From an uncultured Porphyromonadaceae bacterium (GTDB lineage Bacteria > Bacteroidota > Bacteroidia > Bacteroidales > UBA12481), in NCBI GenBank assembly GCA_964444375.1, contig CAYUGX010000003.1, positions 1-46,858 of the forward strand: a DNA stretch of 46,858 bases, written 5' to 3'. Position numbers and translations under genes: made by a program. Shown here in pieces: positions 26,970 through 36,700 of the stretch. A model generated the notes under the pieces. It made no database searches and was not told the origin of the DNA. It was given only the letters and a program-made list of their open reading frames with translations. Positions within the stretch are counted from its first letter, which is position 1. The number at the start of each line of letters is the position of its first letter.

Positions 26970-28559
26970 ATGAATAAATATGTCTATCTCATTTTAGTTC
27001 TGCTTGTATCAATCGGATGTTCAAAGACTCAGCTCAATAAAAGTTATTATGTTGATTCTACACATGGCAACGATGAAGCTGATGGAACTTCTTTAGAAAC
27101 AGCATGGAAAACTCTTGATAGAGTAAACATTCACATGTTATCTGGTGGAGACTCCATCCTATTTCAGGCTGGGCAAACCTTTGTGGGTCAACTAAGGATA
27201 ATGAATGAAGGAGGATCAGTAGAGAATCCAAGTTTTATTGGTAAAGTTGGGGATGGGCCTGACCCTGTTCTGGATGGCGATGGTCATATGTCAAGTATTC
27301 ATATTGAGAACAGTGAAAACCTGGTATTGAGGGGCCTTAAAATAAAAAATGATAGTCCACAATCGCAACCAGGAGATTCTAAAAAAGTTAGATATGGGAT
27401 CTATTTAGAAAATAGCCGAGAGAATGGTAATACAATGGATAACATAAACTTATCCCAACTATCGTTTACAGATATCTATCCAACTATTGCTGTCAATGAT
27501 AATGATCAGACTGGGGTAAATGGTCATGCCATTTTGGTTTTCGGTGCCAAAAAAGATGACCCTCATACCATACATTTTAAGAACATGCTCATCGAAGATT
27601 GCTTCTTCACAAAAACGGCAAGACACGCTACCGTTTTTAGGTCTGTAGAGCAACTAACCATCAGAAATAATCTTTTCGAACACGTTGGTGGGGCTGGTAT
27701 GGTAATTGGGAATCATTGCACCGATATACTAATCGAAAACAACATTACCGATCATACAGGTTCCAGTATTGATGAACGAATGGCTGGAAGAGGAAGCGGA
27801 GTTTGGTGCTTCCGGACCAAGAATCTGATGGTTCAAAACAACAAGTTTATGTATGCCAGGGGAATAAAGGATTCCTATGGAATGCACATCGATATAGGAA
27901 ATCGCAATGTAGTTTATCAATACAATTACAGTCTTGGAAACGAGGGAGGTTTTGTTGAAATACTGGGTGAGAACCTTAATGTTGGATATCGATATAACAT
28001 CAGTATAGCAGATGGATGGAGGAAAAGAGGAGGGCAGTTGGGTAAAACTTTCTGGATCTCAGGTTGGGGAGGTAAGGATAGAGGACCTGTGGGTTCAGAC
28101 AGTGTTTTTGTATATAACAACTCAGTTTTCATCCCTGATACAATAGCTCCTGGTATCGAGATTGTCAAAGTGACCAAGAACACGTGGTTCTTCAACAATA
28201 TTGTGTATGCTTCCAATGGTTTTGGCCCGATTAATATACTGAATGATGCAGCCAAGAATCGGTTTGATTATAACATTTGGCATGGTGATATTCCTGATGT
28301 GGATTCAGATGGAGAACATTTTCGAGGGACCCATTCCCTTACTGGAAATCCTTTATATCAGATTGAAAATCCTTTGATGCCAGATGACTTCATATTGAGG
28401 GTAGAAAGCCCCGCACTGAACTCAGGGGCTACATTGTTATACGAGGTAGAAGATCCCAGCGTTTTCTTTCACAAAAGTGGTGGCAAAGATTTCTTTGGGA
28501 ATAACCAAGATTCAGGAAGAAAACCCAACATTGGAGCCTATCAGGGTCAGGGCAAATAG
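26970..28559 (+). CDS. Right-handed parallel beta-helix lipoprotein (candidate polysaccharide lyase/hydrolase)
   Basis: 529 aa with the lipoprotein signal MNKYVYLILVLLVSIGCS. The N-terminal signature YYVDSTHGNDEADGTSLETAWKTLDRVN is typical of beta-helix glycan enzymes. Repeated short I/V-x-N-N turns are present (IENNIT, VQNNKF, FFNNIV, VYNNSVF). Confidence 0.6.
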   Translation: MNKYVYLILVLLVSIGCSKTQLNKSYYVDSTHGNDEADGTSLETAWKTLDRVNIHMLSGGDSILFQAGQTFVGQLRIMNEGGSVENPSFIGKVGDGPDPVLDGDGHMSSIHIENSENLVLRGLKIKNDSPQSQPGDSKKVRYGIYLENSRENGNTMDNINLSQLSFTDIYPTIAVNDNDQTGVNGHAILVFGAKKDDPHTIHFKNMLIEDCFFTKTARHATVFRSVEQLTIRNNLFEHVGGAGMVIGNHCTDILIENNITDHTGSSIDERMAGRGSGVWCFRTKNLMVQNNKFMYARGIKDSYGMHIDIGNRNVVYQYNYSLGNEGGFVEILGENLNVGYRYNISIADGWRKRGGQLGKTFWISGWGGKDRGPVGSDSVFVYNNSVFIPDTIAPGIEIVKVTKNTWFFNNIVYASNGFGPINILNDAAKNRFDYNIWHGDIPDVDSDGEHFRGTHSLTGNPLYQIENPLMPDDFILRVESPALNSGATLLYEVEDPSVFFHKSGGKDFFGNNQDSGRKPNIGAYQGQGK

Positions 28560-28571
28560 TTGAAAACAAAA

Positions 28572-28593
28572 AGGGTGTCAATATAGACACCCT
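28572..28593. terminator. Stem-loop between convergent genes (intrinsic terminator, best fit for the minus-strand susC-susD transcript)
   Basis: AGGGTGTC (28572-28579), a 6-nt loop, then GACACCCT (28586-28593). Read on the minus strand, the hairpin is followed by TTTTTGTTTTCA. It sits 13 nt after the beta-helix gene stop and 26 nt after the SusD-like stop. Confidence 0.55.
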
Positions 28594-28618
28594 CTCAGTA
28601 TCAACCTAAACTGTGAAA

Positions 28619-30331
28619 CTAGTAACCCGGGTTTTCAATTAGATTTGGATTATCAGCCAGACGACCAATGCCCATTGGCAGGTAGTAGTTTCTTTCTGCA
28701 AAAACTCTTATTTGCTTATAATCTCCATCTTTCAACTTCATGGTATATTTTTGTTCATCAAAATTGTACTTCCATTCAACTCCATGGAATCCCTTCCCCT
28801 CCAGTTCCTCAACCGCAATTCTCCAACGACGCAAATCCCAGTATCTGTGCTCTTCAAAGGCCAACTCAACAGCTCTCTCATTCTTGATCACTTCGAAGTT
28901 AATATCACCCTTTGCAGGCATACCGGCTCTTTCACGAATCGTGTTGATCAGATCAAGTGCCTCGCCAGTGTTATTCAGATGAAATGCGGCTTCTGCTGCA
29001 TTTAAATACATCTCACCAACTCTGAAAACAATCCAGTCTGTTTCGTCTTCCCCACTAATAGGCAGCTTAATAGATTCATCCACCCGTTTTCTGGTGAGAA
29101 ATCCAGACTTTTTGTAGTTTCTGGCTGGAGCAGCTTTAGGCCATCCACTTGTTGGATCGATGGTACCCGATGTTGTTTTGTGAAAATACACCTTTGAATC
29201 CTGCCAGGGAGTCTCAGGATAAAATACTGAAGCCCTAAACCGAGGATCTTTGTTATGCATGACTTCATCAACGTCAAACAATACTTTTCCGTCGAGATCG
29301 TCCCAGTTCAATTTACCTGAGCTTCCATCCATATACTCATACCTTTCAACCATCTCGAGATAAACCGGACCGTTAGATCCCCATCCCGTTCTGAATCCAT
29401 CAGGCATATTATAGAAATTCCATCCGTGATCTTTAAGCAAGCCTAAATTGTAAACTTCAGCGAAAATGACCTCATTATTTCCATCATTGATAAAAATCTC
29501 TGCATAATTCTCTTGTGGGTCAGGATTACCCCGGTACAACCCGTGTGGACTGTTGTTGATAATTTCGGTTGAAGCATCGTATGCGGCCTGCCAATAGGAA
29601 TCGACATCACCTGATGGGATACCTAACAGTCCATCCAATTGAATAGTCCCATAAGTCCCAATGCTTGCAGCATATAAAGCAGCACGGCTTTTCAGGGCCA
29701 AAGCAGCCCATTTTGACGGGCGACCAAAATCATCGCCGCTGTATGAATCAGGAAGATACAGAGCAATCTCATCCATCTCAGCTATGACAAAATCATACAG
29801 CTCTTGCTCTGATTTACGGGGAACGTTCAACTCATCCACAGGTTGATCAATGCTTTGAGGAACTGTGATCAAGGGAACACCACCATAGCGCTTAACCAAT
29901 TCGAAGTACATGAATGCACGCATAAAACGAGCCTCAGCCATTCTTTGAGTAACGAAATCATCATCAAAATTCGATTCATCCAAAATGATTAAAATCTCGT
30001 TCACTGATCGGATATTGGCATAAGGCCAGTATTCAATCAAGTTGTGTGCTCCCGTTTCGTTGATAATATGCATGGCTGCCCTGTAAGGTTGCTGCCATCC
30101 AGCGAAAACAGTATGCTCTCCACCCATGGTAGAGATCGTTGCCATACTTTCAGTTGGTGCACCTGTTTGCCATCTGACACCATCGTAAATCTTTGTGAGA
30201 AATGCATCAACCAGTGCCGGATCATTTTTGACATCCTCAGAAGATATCATATTGGTCGGTTTGATGTCGAGTACACTCTCACAACTCATGATCAGAAAAA
30301 TCGTAGCGAGTATTAGAATATATTTTTTCAT
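28619..30331 (-). CDS. SusD/RagB-family nutrient-binding outer-membrane lipoprotein
   Basis: 570 aa with the lipoprotein signal MKKYILILATIFLIMSC. SusD-type TPR-like segments are present (RAALYAAS, RFMRAFMYFELVKRYGGVPL, FEEHRYWDLRRW). It lies immediately downstream (21 nt) of the SusC-like gene. Confidence 0.85.
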   Translation of the reverse strand: MKKYILILATIFLIMSCESVLDIKPTNMISSEDVKNDPALVDAFLTKIYDGVRWQTGAPTESMATISTMGGEHTVFAGWQQPYRAAMHIINETGAHNLIEYWPYANIRSVNEILIILDESNFDDDFVTQRMAEARFMRAFMYFELVKRYGGVPLITVPQSIDQPVDELNVPRKSEQELYDFVIAEMDEIALYLPDSYSGDDFGRPSKWAALALKSRAALYAASIGTYGTIQLDGLLGIPSGDVDSYWQAAYDASTEIINNSPHGLYRGNPDPQENYAEIFINDGNNEVIFAEVYNLGLLKDHGWNFYNMPDGFRTGWGSNGPVYLEMVERYEYMDGSSGKLNWDDLDGKVLFDVDEVMHNKDPRFRASVFYPETPWQDSKVYFHKTTSGTIDPTSGWPKAAPARNYKKSGFLTRKRVDESIKLPISGEDETDWIVFRVGEMYLNAAEAAFHLNNTGEALDLINTIRERAGMPAKGDINFEVIKNERAVELAFEEHRYWDLRRWRIAVEELEGKGFHGVEWKYNFDEQKYTMKLKDGDYKQIRVFAERNYYLPMGIGRLADNPNLIENPGY

Positions 30332-30352
30332 GATAATATTTGTTTTGAGTGT

Positions 30353-33300
30353 TTAAATTGTAAGCCTTAAACCCAGTGAAACAGTCTTGATTGGCGGATA
30401 ATCTCTCCCGTTTTGACCTGTAATTTCAGGATCAAAAGTGGCCTTAAATATGTCAAGATTACTAAAGGTTAATAGGTTTGTTCCTGACACATACAATACA
30501 CATTTTGTTAGACCAACCCTGCTCACTACTGATCTGGGTACTGTATAAGACACATTTAAATTCTTCAAGCGAAGAAACTTGGCATTGTATGACCAGAAAT
30601 CAGATGCTTTAGCATTATGATTTGTACGGCCATTTTGTGTAACTGGAGGTAATGCTGCATCATCAGGATTGGTGATGTAGTCCATTCCAGCCTCATCTTG
30701 TCCAATAATTGCTCTGTGATTGTAGTGTTCAATAAGTGGAATTGATTCGTTTGAAAATGGAGCAGCAGCAGATCCACTAAAAACAACAGTATAATCAGCA
30801 GCTCCTTGCCATAACATATTTACTCGAAATCCTCTGTATTCTGCTCCCATATTCATGCTGTACATGATATTGGGCAGACCGGTGGATCCAATGACTTGCT
30901 CGTCTCTCCAATCAATAATGCTATCGTTGTTGAAATCCATGTACTTGAGATCACCCACTTTGATTGTGGTATTACCATTCTGATCCTGATCAATATGGTG
31001 TTCGTCAATTTCAGCCTGGGTCATAAAAAAGCCTTCATTGATCAATCCCCATCTGATATCGTCCCATCCACCTTCCTGGACATATCTGGCATTCCATTCG
31101 GGATCTTCAGATATTTCTTCTTGTAAATCAACATATTTACCTCTTGACCAGGAGAACATTGGAGAAATATCATAACTGAATTCACCAACGGTATTCCGGT
31201 GTGAAAGCAGCACCTCAAAACCACGATTATCTCTTTTATTCAAGTTTGTTCTGGGCAGTGAAGCACCAAAGGTAGAAGGTACAGTCTCTGTTGGAGTTGT
31301 CAATATATCCTCTCTAAGGCGATAGAAAGCATCTACTTCAAATCCCAATAATCCACCCCAAAGAATACCATCGAATCCAATATTGGCAATTTTCATGGTT
31401 TCCCACGTCACAAAAGGATTGGCCAATCCAGCTGAACTAATAATTGGATAGGGTGAATTACCAAAAACAAAGAAATTAGAAGTGATATTATATCCAGTCA
31501 GATAGTCAAATGAAGAAACGGCATCATTACCCATTACTCCATACGATCCACGGAACTTCAGGTTATCAATACCACTGAAATTGTCCTTAATAAATGCTTC
31601 GTCAGACAGTCTCCAACCTGCACTAATACTTGGGAAGTATCCCCAACGACTTTCCGGGGCGTATTCGGCTGAGGCATCAGCCCGCATTGCAAATTCAATC
31701 AGATATTTACCCTTGTAGTCATAGTTCGCACGACCGATAACACTGGTTCGAGCCGTTTGCGAAACACCCTCTGCGTTATCTTTTCCATCTTCTGATGCGT
31801 AAACCAGGTAAGGCGCCTCAAATGATAGTACATCTTTCCGTGTCCCGGTCAGACTGGAGAAATTGTAGGTACGAGTCTCACTCACGAGTACCCCTTTGAG
31901 ATTATGATCGCCAATTCTTTTATCGTATTGTAAAGTGAATACTGGCATCAGTTCGGTTGCTCGACTTGTAAATACCCGCATGTTATTAGAATTCTGAGTT
32001 CCTTGTAAAATCCACGGATCTCCTTCGCTTCCTACTGTAGGGTCATGTTCATAGATATCAAAAGGTTTTGATACTGTTTTATTACTTACGAATATCTCTT
32101 CATAGGATAGTCTGGCAGTGGCCGTCAAACCCTTGATCATAGGAAATGAGTATCTCAATTGAACAGCTCCTAACAGCGAATTTGTGTTATTATCCTGCCA
32201 CCCGGCAAAGTCTTTAAATGTTTGATGATACGGACTTCTTTGAAGGAAGCCTGAATAAGTAGCCCGAGTGGGATCAGCTTCATGTGTATAGGGATAAACC
32301 GGCTTAGCTGTTTGCAGAGAATTGTACATCGTAGATGCATTGAAGTTTGCCTTGTCCAGGGTGCTTCTCCGGTAGGAAAAATCTACTGAAGCACTTAGAT
32401 TATCATTAATCTTCGCATCCACATTTGATCTGACATTATATCGGTAATAATCATAGTCTCCAGATTTGAAGTTACTCTCTTGGTCGGTCATACCAACAGA
32501 CACAAAGTACTTAATGGCATCTGTGCCTCCCTGTGCGCTAATGTTATGCTGCAATTGCGGTGTCCAGGCTCGGTACAGCGCATCTGACCAGTCATAACCT
32601 GCATAGGGAGTATTATTCAGGGTATCCATTAGGGTCATAGATTCCTGATCAAAGATTACATGCTTGGGGCTGTAATCATCAACATTCAGCCCGGTCTCAT
32701 TAAGCATCTCTGCCCATTTCTGTGCTCCTACACGGTCTGGCAGGAAGGTAGGTTGGGTAAAAGAATAAGTACCGTGATAGTTGATGCTGGCACCTTTGTT
32801 ATTACCTCGTTTCGTAGTAACCAGAATTACTCCGTTTCCGGCTCGAGCACCATAAACTGATGCTGATGCATCTTTTAGGGTACTGATTGACTCAATATCG
32901 TTCGGATCAACATGGGCTAAACTACCCTGAACCCCATCGATTAATACCAATGGACTGCCAAATCCCCTGATCTGCAGAGTTGCACCATCGGCACCTGGCA
33001 AACCACTTGCTTGCCTGGTTACCAGCCCTGACACTTTACCAATAAGCAATTCAGTAGTATTGGCTGCGGGTCTTTCAGTCAGGTCTTCAGATTGTACTGA
33101 ACTAACAGAACCAGTCAGGGTCTTTTTAGTTTGAGCACCGTATCCAACAACAATGAGTTCGTCAAGATCTATCGCCTTAGAAACCAGCTGCACATCGATC
33201 TGGGTTTGATTTCCAACGATCACCTCTTGAGGAGTCATTCCGACAAAAGAAAATACAAGGATTTCTCCTTTTTCTGGAAGGGTGATGGAGTAGGCTCCAT

Positions 33301-33487
33301 CAGCACCGGTAATAGTTCCTATTGATGCCATTCCTTTGACAAAAACAGAAACTCCGGTAAGTGGTTCCCCATCAGTCGTGCTAACTTTTCCAGTCACATC
33401 CCTATCCTGAGCAAACAGCCCGATAGAAACCAGCAGGAAAAGTCCCAACAGGAAACCGGATTTTAGCGTTTCATAGCCTTTTTTCAT
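30353..33487 (-). CDS. SusC/RagA-family TonB-dependent outer-membrane transporter
   Basis: The ATG at 33487 gives MKKGYETLKSGFLLGLFLLVSIGLFAQ (the ORF is listed from 33544). It has a carboxypeptidase-regulatory-like domain (VTGKVSTTDGEPLTGVSVFVKG) and a TonB box/plug (DELIVVGYGAQTKKTLTGSVS, LQIRGFGS, PLVLIDG). There is no STN domain. Confidence 0.85.
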   Translation of the reverse strand: MKKGYETLKSGFLLGLFLLVSIGLFAQDRDVTGKVSTTDGEPLTGVSVFVKGMASIGTITGADGAYSITLPEKGEILVFSFVGMTPQEVIVGNQTQIDVQLVSKAIDLDELIVVGYGAQTKKTLTGSVSSVQSEDLTERPAANTTELLIGKVSGLVTRQASGLPGADGATLQIRGFGSPLVLIDGVQGSLAHVDPNDIESISTLKDASASVYGARAGNGVILVTTKRGNNKGASINYHGTYSFTQPTFLPDRVGAQKWAEMLNETGLNVDDYSPKHVIFDQESMTLMDTLNNTPYAGYDWSDALYRAWTPQLQHNISAQGGTDAIKYFVSVGMTDQESNFKSGDYDYYRYNVRSNVDAKINDNLSASVDFSYRRSTLDKANFNASTMYNSLQTAKPVYPYTHEADPTRATYSGFLQRSPYHQTFKDFAGWQDNNTNSLLGAVQLRYSFPMIKGLTATARLSYEEIFVSNKTVSKPFDIYEHDPTVGSEGDPWILQGTQNSNNMRVFTSRATELMPVFTLQYDKRIGDHNLKGVLVSETRTYNFSSLTGTRKDVLSFEAPYLVYASEDGKDNAEGVSQTARTSVIGRANYDYKGKYLIEFAMRADASAEYAPESRWGYFPSISAGWRLSDEAFIKDNFSGIDNLKFRGSYGVMGNDAVSSFDYLTGYNITSNFFVFGNSPYPIISSAGLANPFVTWETMKIANIGFDGILWGGLLGFEVDAFYRLREDILTTPTETVPSTFGASLPRTNLNKRDNRGFEVLLSHRNTVGEFSYDISPMFSWSRGKYVDLQEEISEDPEWNARYVQEGGWDDIRWGLINEGFFMTQAEIDEHHIDQDQNGNTTIKVGDLKYMDFNNDSIIDWRDEQVIGSTGLPNIMYSMNMGAEYRGFRVNMLWQGAADYTVVFSGSAAAPFSNESIPLIEHYNHRAIIGQDEAGMDYITNPDDAALPPVTQNGRTNHNAKASDFWSYNAKFLRLKNLNVSYTVPRSVVSRVGLTKCVLYVSGTNLLTFSNLDIFKATFDPEITGQNGRDYPPIKTVSLGLRLTI

Positions 33488-33775
33488 AAAAAAACAGTTT
33501 AGATTAAAGAATAAATAGAAAACAAATAAATGCGATGAAGACAATGTAAATCAGCAAGATAATTATCTTATAAAGCCGTCTTTGCTTCTTCAATTCACGT
33601 TCTAGGTTTTTATCTTGCAGCATAAGTACAAAAAGTAGTAGGACCAAGGTAGGGCAATCGACCAGAGATTCATGGAAGATTTGTCCCAAACAATTGGGGC
33701 ATTTAGTTCATAACTACGAACGAATGAATCTTATAGAGGGGGGGGATTCGTTTCAAAATCAAGCACAAAAACCTA

Positions 33776-36700
33776 CTAATCAGATGATATCGATTTCCGG
33801 TACTCAGAAGGCGAACATTGGTATTTCTTTTCAAACCAGGACCTGAATGTCTTGAGGTCCTGAAATCCAGACTCCAAAACTACCTCCGTAATTGATTTGG
33901 ATTTATCCTTAAGTAATTGGGCTGAACGGATTAGTCTCATGTCACGGATGAACTCTGCTGGGGTGGCTTCGATAAGGGGACTAAATCTACGGTAGAGCGT
34001 TGAATAACTCATCCCCATGGCTGAAGCCAATTTGTGGGTCTCAAATTCCGGATCACCCATGTTTGCTTCTACAATCTTTTTGGCCTTCTCAATTAGTATC
34101 TCATCCGCTGGGGTAATCAGTACCTCTTGGGGGCCTAAAACCACCTTTTTTGAGTACTTATCCTCAAGATCCAATCGCGTTTTGAGAGTTTGATGCACTT
34201 TTTCTACTAGATAGTCAGGATCAAAAGGCTTACTGATAAAATCATCTGCACCCTGTTGTAGCCCTAAAAATCGGAATCGATCCTGGGTTTTGGCCGTAAC
34301 CAAAATGACGGGAATATGCCGTGTTTTGTCATTGTTCTTAATCTTTTGACAAAGCTCAAAGCCATCCATGTTGGGCATCAAAACGTCTGTAATAACCATA
34401 TCAGGTATAACGGAGTCTATTTTTTCTAAGGCTTCAATCCCATCTTGAGCTAGCTCAACGTTGTAAAACTTCGACAAAAGGCTACTGATATAGTTGCGCA
34501 ACTCTTTGTTATCGTCTACAATGAGGATTAATTGATCTTGCTTTTTATGTATGTTGCTTTTTAGCCCATGGGTTGGCTTTCGTGTCTTATTGGTTTCAGC
34601 TGATTTAGTTTGATCAAAATCGGGAATAGCTATTAATTCATGGTCCTGGAAATGATCTTTACCCTTCCTCAACCTGACTGTAAAACGTGTCAATTTTCCA
34701 GGATCACTGGTAACACCTATTTCACCCTTGTGCAGCTCAATCAACTTCTTCGATAAGGCAAGACCTATCCCCGATGTAGCCACTGACACATCGTTCTCTG
34801 CTTGATAAAATCGTTCAAAGATCTTTTCGATTTCCTTTTCTGGTATCCCAGGACCGTTATCTTCTACTGTGATCTCCACATAATCTGCATCATCCCTCAG
34901 TCTCACCCTGACAAAACCATTGGTTTGAGCAAAACGCAGTGCATTTGAAATCAGGTTATTGATTACCATTTCGATCTTCCCTGATTCACACCAGATCACT
35001 TTTTCCTTAAGTTCATCAATTACATGAAAGTCAATGTGACTGAGCTTGGCAAGTTCTGCAAAAGAATGGCTTATCTCGCTTATCAAATCAGATAGATAAC
35101 ACTGGGTAACTTTTAGTTTCATGAGCCCAGATTCTGTCTTTCTGAAGTCTATCAGTTGATTCACCAATCCCAGTAGTCTTTGTGCATTATTATTGACAAT
35201 CTTCAGTTTTCTGAGATATTCATCGGGAAGATCCAGTTCATGGGTCTTGTTTATCAGGTCACAGAGTGGGGCAATGATCAGGCTTAAAGGAGTTCTGAAT
35301 TCATGAGTGACGTTCGTGTAAAACCGCAATCTGATATCATTTAATTGTTGTTCCTGCTGGGTCACGAGTTCTTTCATCTCCAACCTTTTTGTCAATCTTT
35401 CTTTATTGATAATGGTTACCAAAAGAAAAGTGAGAAAAGAAAGGCCGAAAACAAGATAGAACAGCAGGGCGTACCAGGTTTTCCAAAATGGTGGATCAAT
35501 GATAAATTGGATCGTTTTAATTTGATCACTCCATTCACGATTGCTATTTGTCCCTTTTACCTGTAAGGTATATTCCCCGGGTTTGAGATTATTAAAATTG
35601 ATCCACCGCCGGTTTCCGAGTTGAATCCAATCCGTGTCATCGCCTTCTAACCGATACGCATGTTGATTAATAGTAGGTGACTGATAATCTATGGAAGCTA
35701 CACGAAAAGCTAAATCATTAAATCGATAAGGAAGCCTGATGAATTCAGTATGGTTAATGGAATGCTGCAGAATGTTGATCCCGTTGTAATCTACCCCGGG
35801 TGAAATCCGATGATTGTTGATAAGAAGATCAGTAATAACAAGACTTGGTGTGTTGCTAATCGGACGCAAACTGTCTGGATGAAATATGACAAAACCTCTT
35901 GGGCTTCCAAACAACAATTCACCGGTATTTAATTGACATCCTGAACGATACCTGACTTGATTACTGGTCAGTCCATTTTGTACACTGACGGTAAAAACTT
36001 CGCCTGTAGATGGACTAAATCTTGAAATACCAGTAAATGTACCTAGCCAGAGGTTTCCTTTTGAATCTTCAACTATACTGCTAATTACATTTCCAGGCAA
36101 TCCATCTCTGGCGGTATAAACAGAAAATGTGTCTGAAGTGGGATCGTAAAGGTTTAAACCTCTCGATGTGCCAAACCACATTCTTTCATTTCTATCTTCA
36201 TAGATCACCCTGATGGCATTATTGGATATGGATGCAGGGTCATCTTCGATATTTCTGAAAACATCAAAAGTCCTGGTCTCTGACTTAAAGCGGTTAAGAC
36301 CATTATTCGTTCCTAACCAGATATCACTGTTTGAAGCCTCAAATATCGTCCACACCCTTCCAGAACTCAGTGAATTTGGATCACTTGAATTGGGAGCAAA
36401 ATGCTCTGTTTCTCCTGTTTTGGAATTAATGAGATAGGCACCGCAATTATAGGTTCCAACCCAGATGTTGCCCTTAGAATCTTGCAACAATCCATGGACT
36501 GTTTCATTGCAGATGCTATTTGGGTTGTCGGGATCAACAAGTATTCTTTGAAATTGAGCTGTACTTTTATCAAATTTCCCAAATCCTCCTCCCCAGGTAC
36601 CAATCAATAAGTATTCACCATAATCCCGAACGGTTAGTACAGGATCAGCGCTTATTGATTGAGGATTATTTGGATCATGTCTATAGTGGACAAACTCATT

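Noticed and set aside
33738-33745. G8 homopolymer 30 nt downstream of the HTCS stop, about 250 nt upstream of susC.
   Set aside because: It is short and non-coding and is not positioned between recognisable promoter elements. Phase variation cannot be argued from a single sequence.
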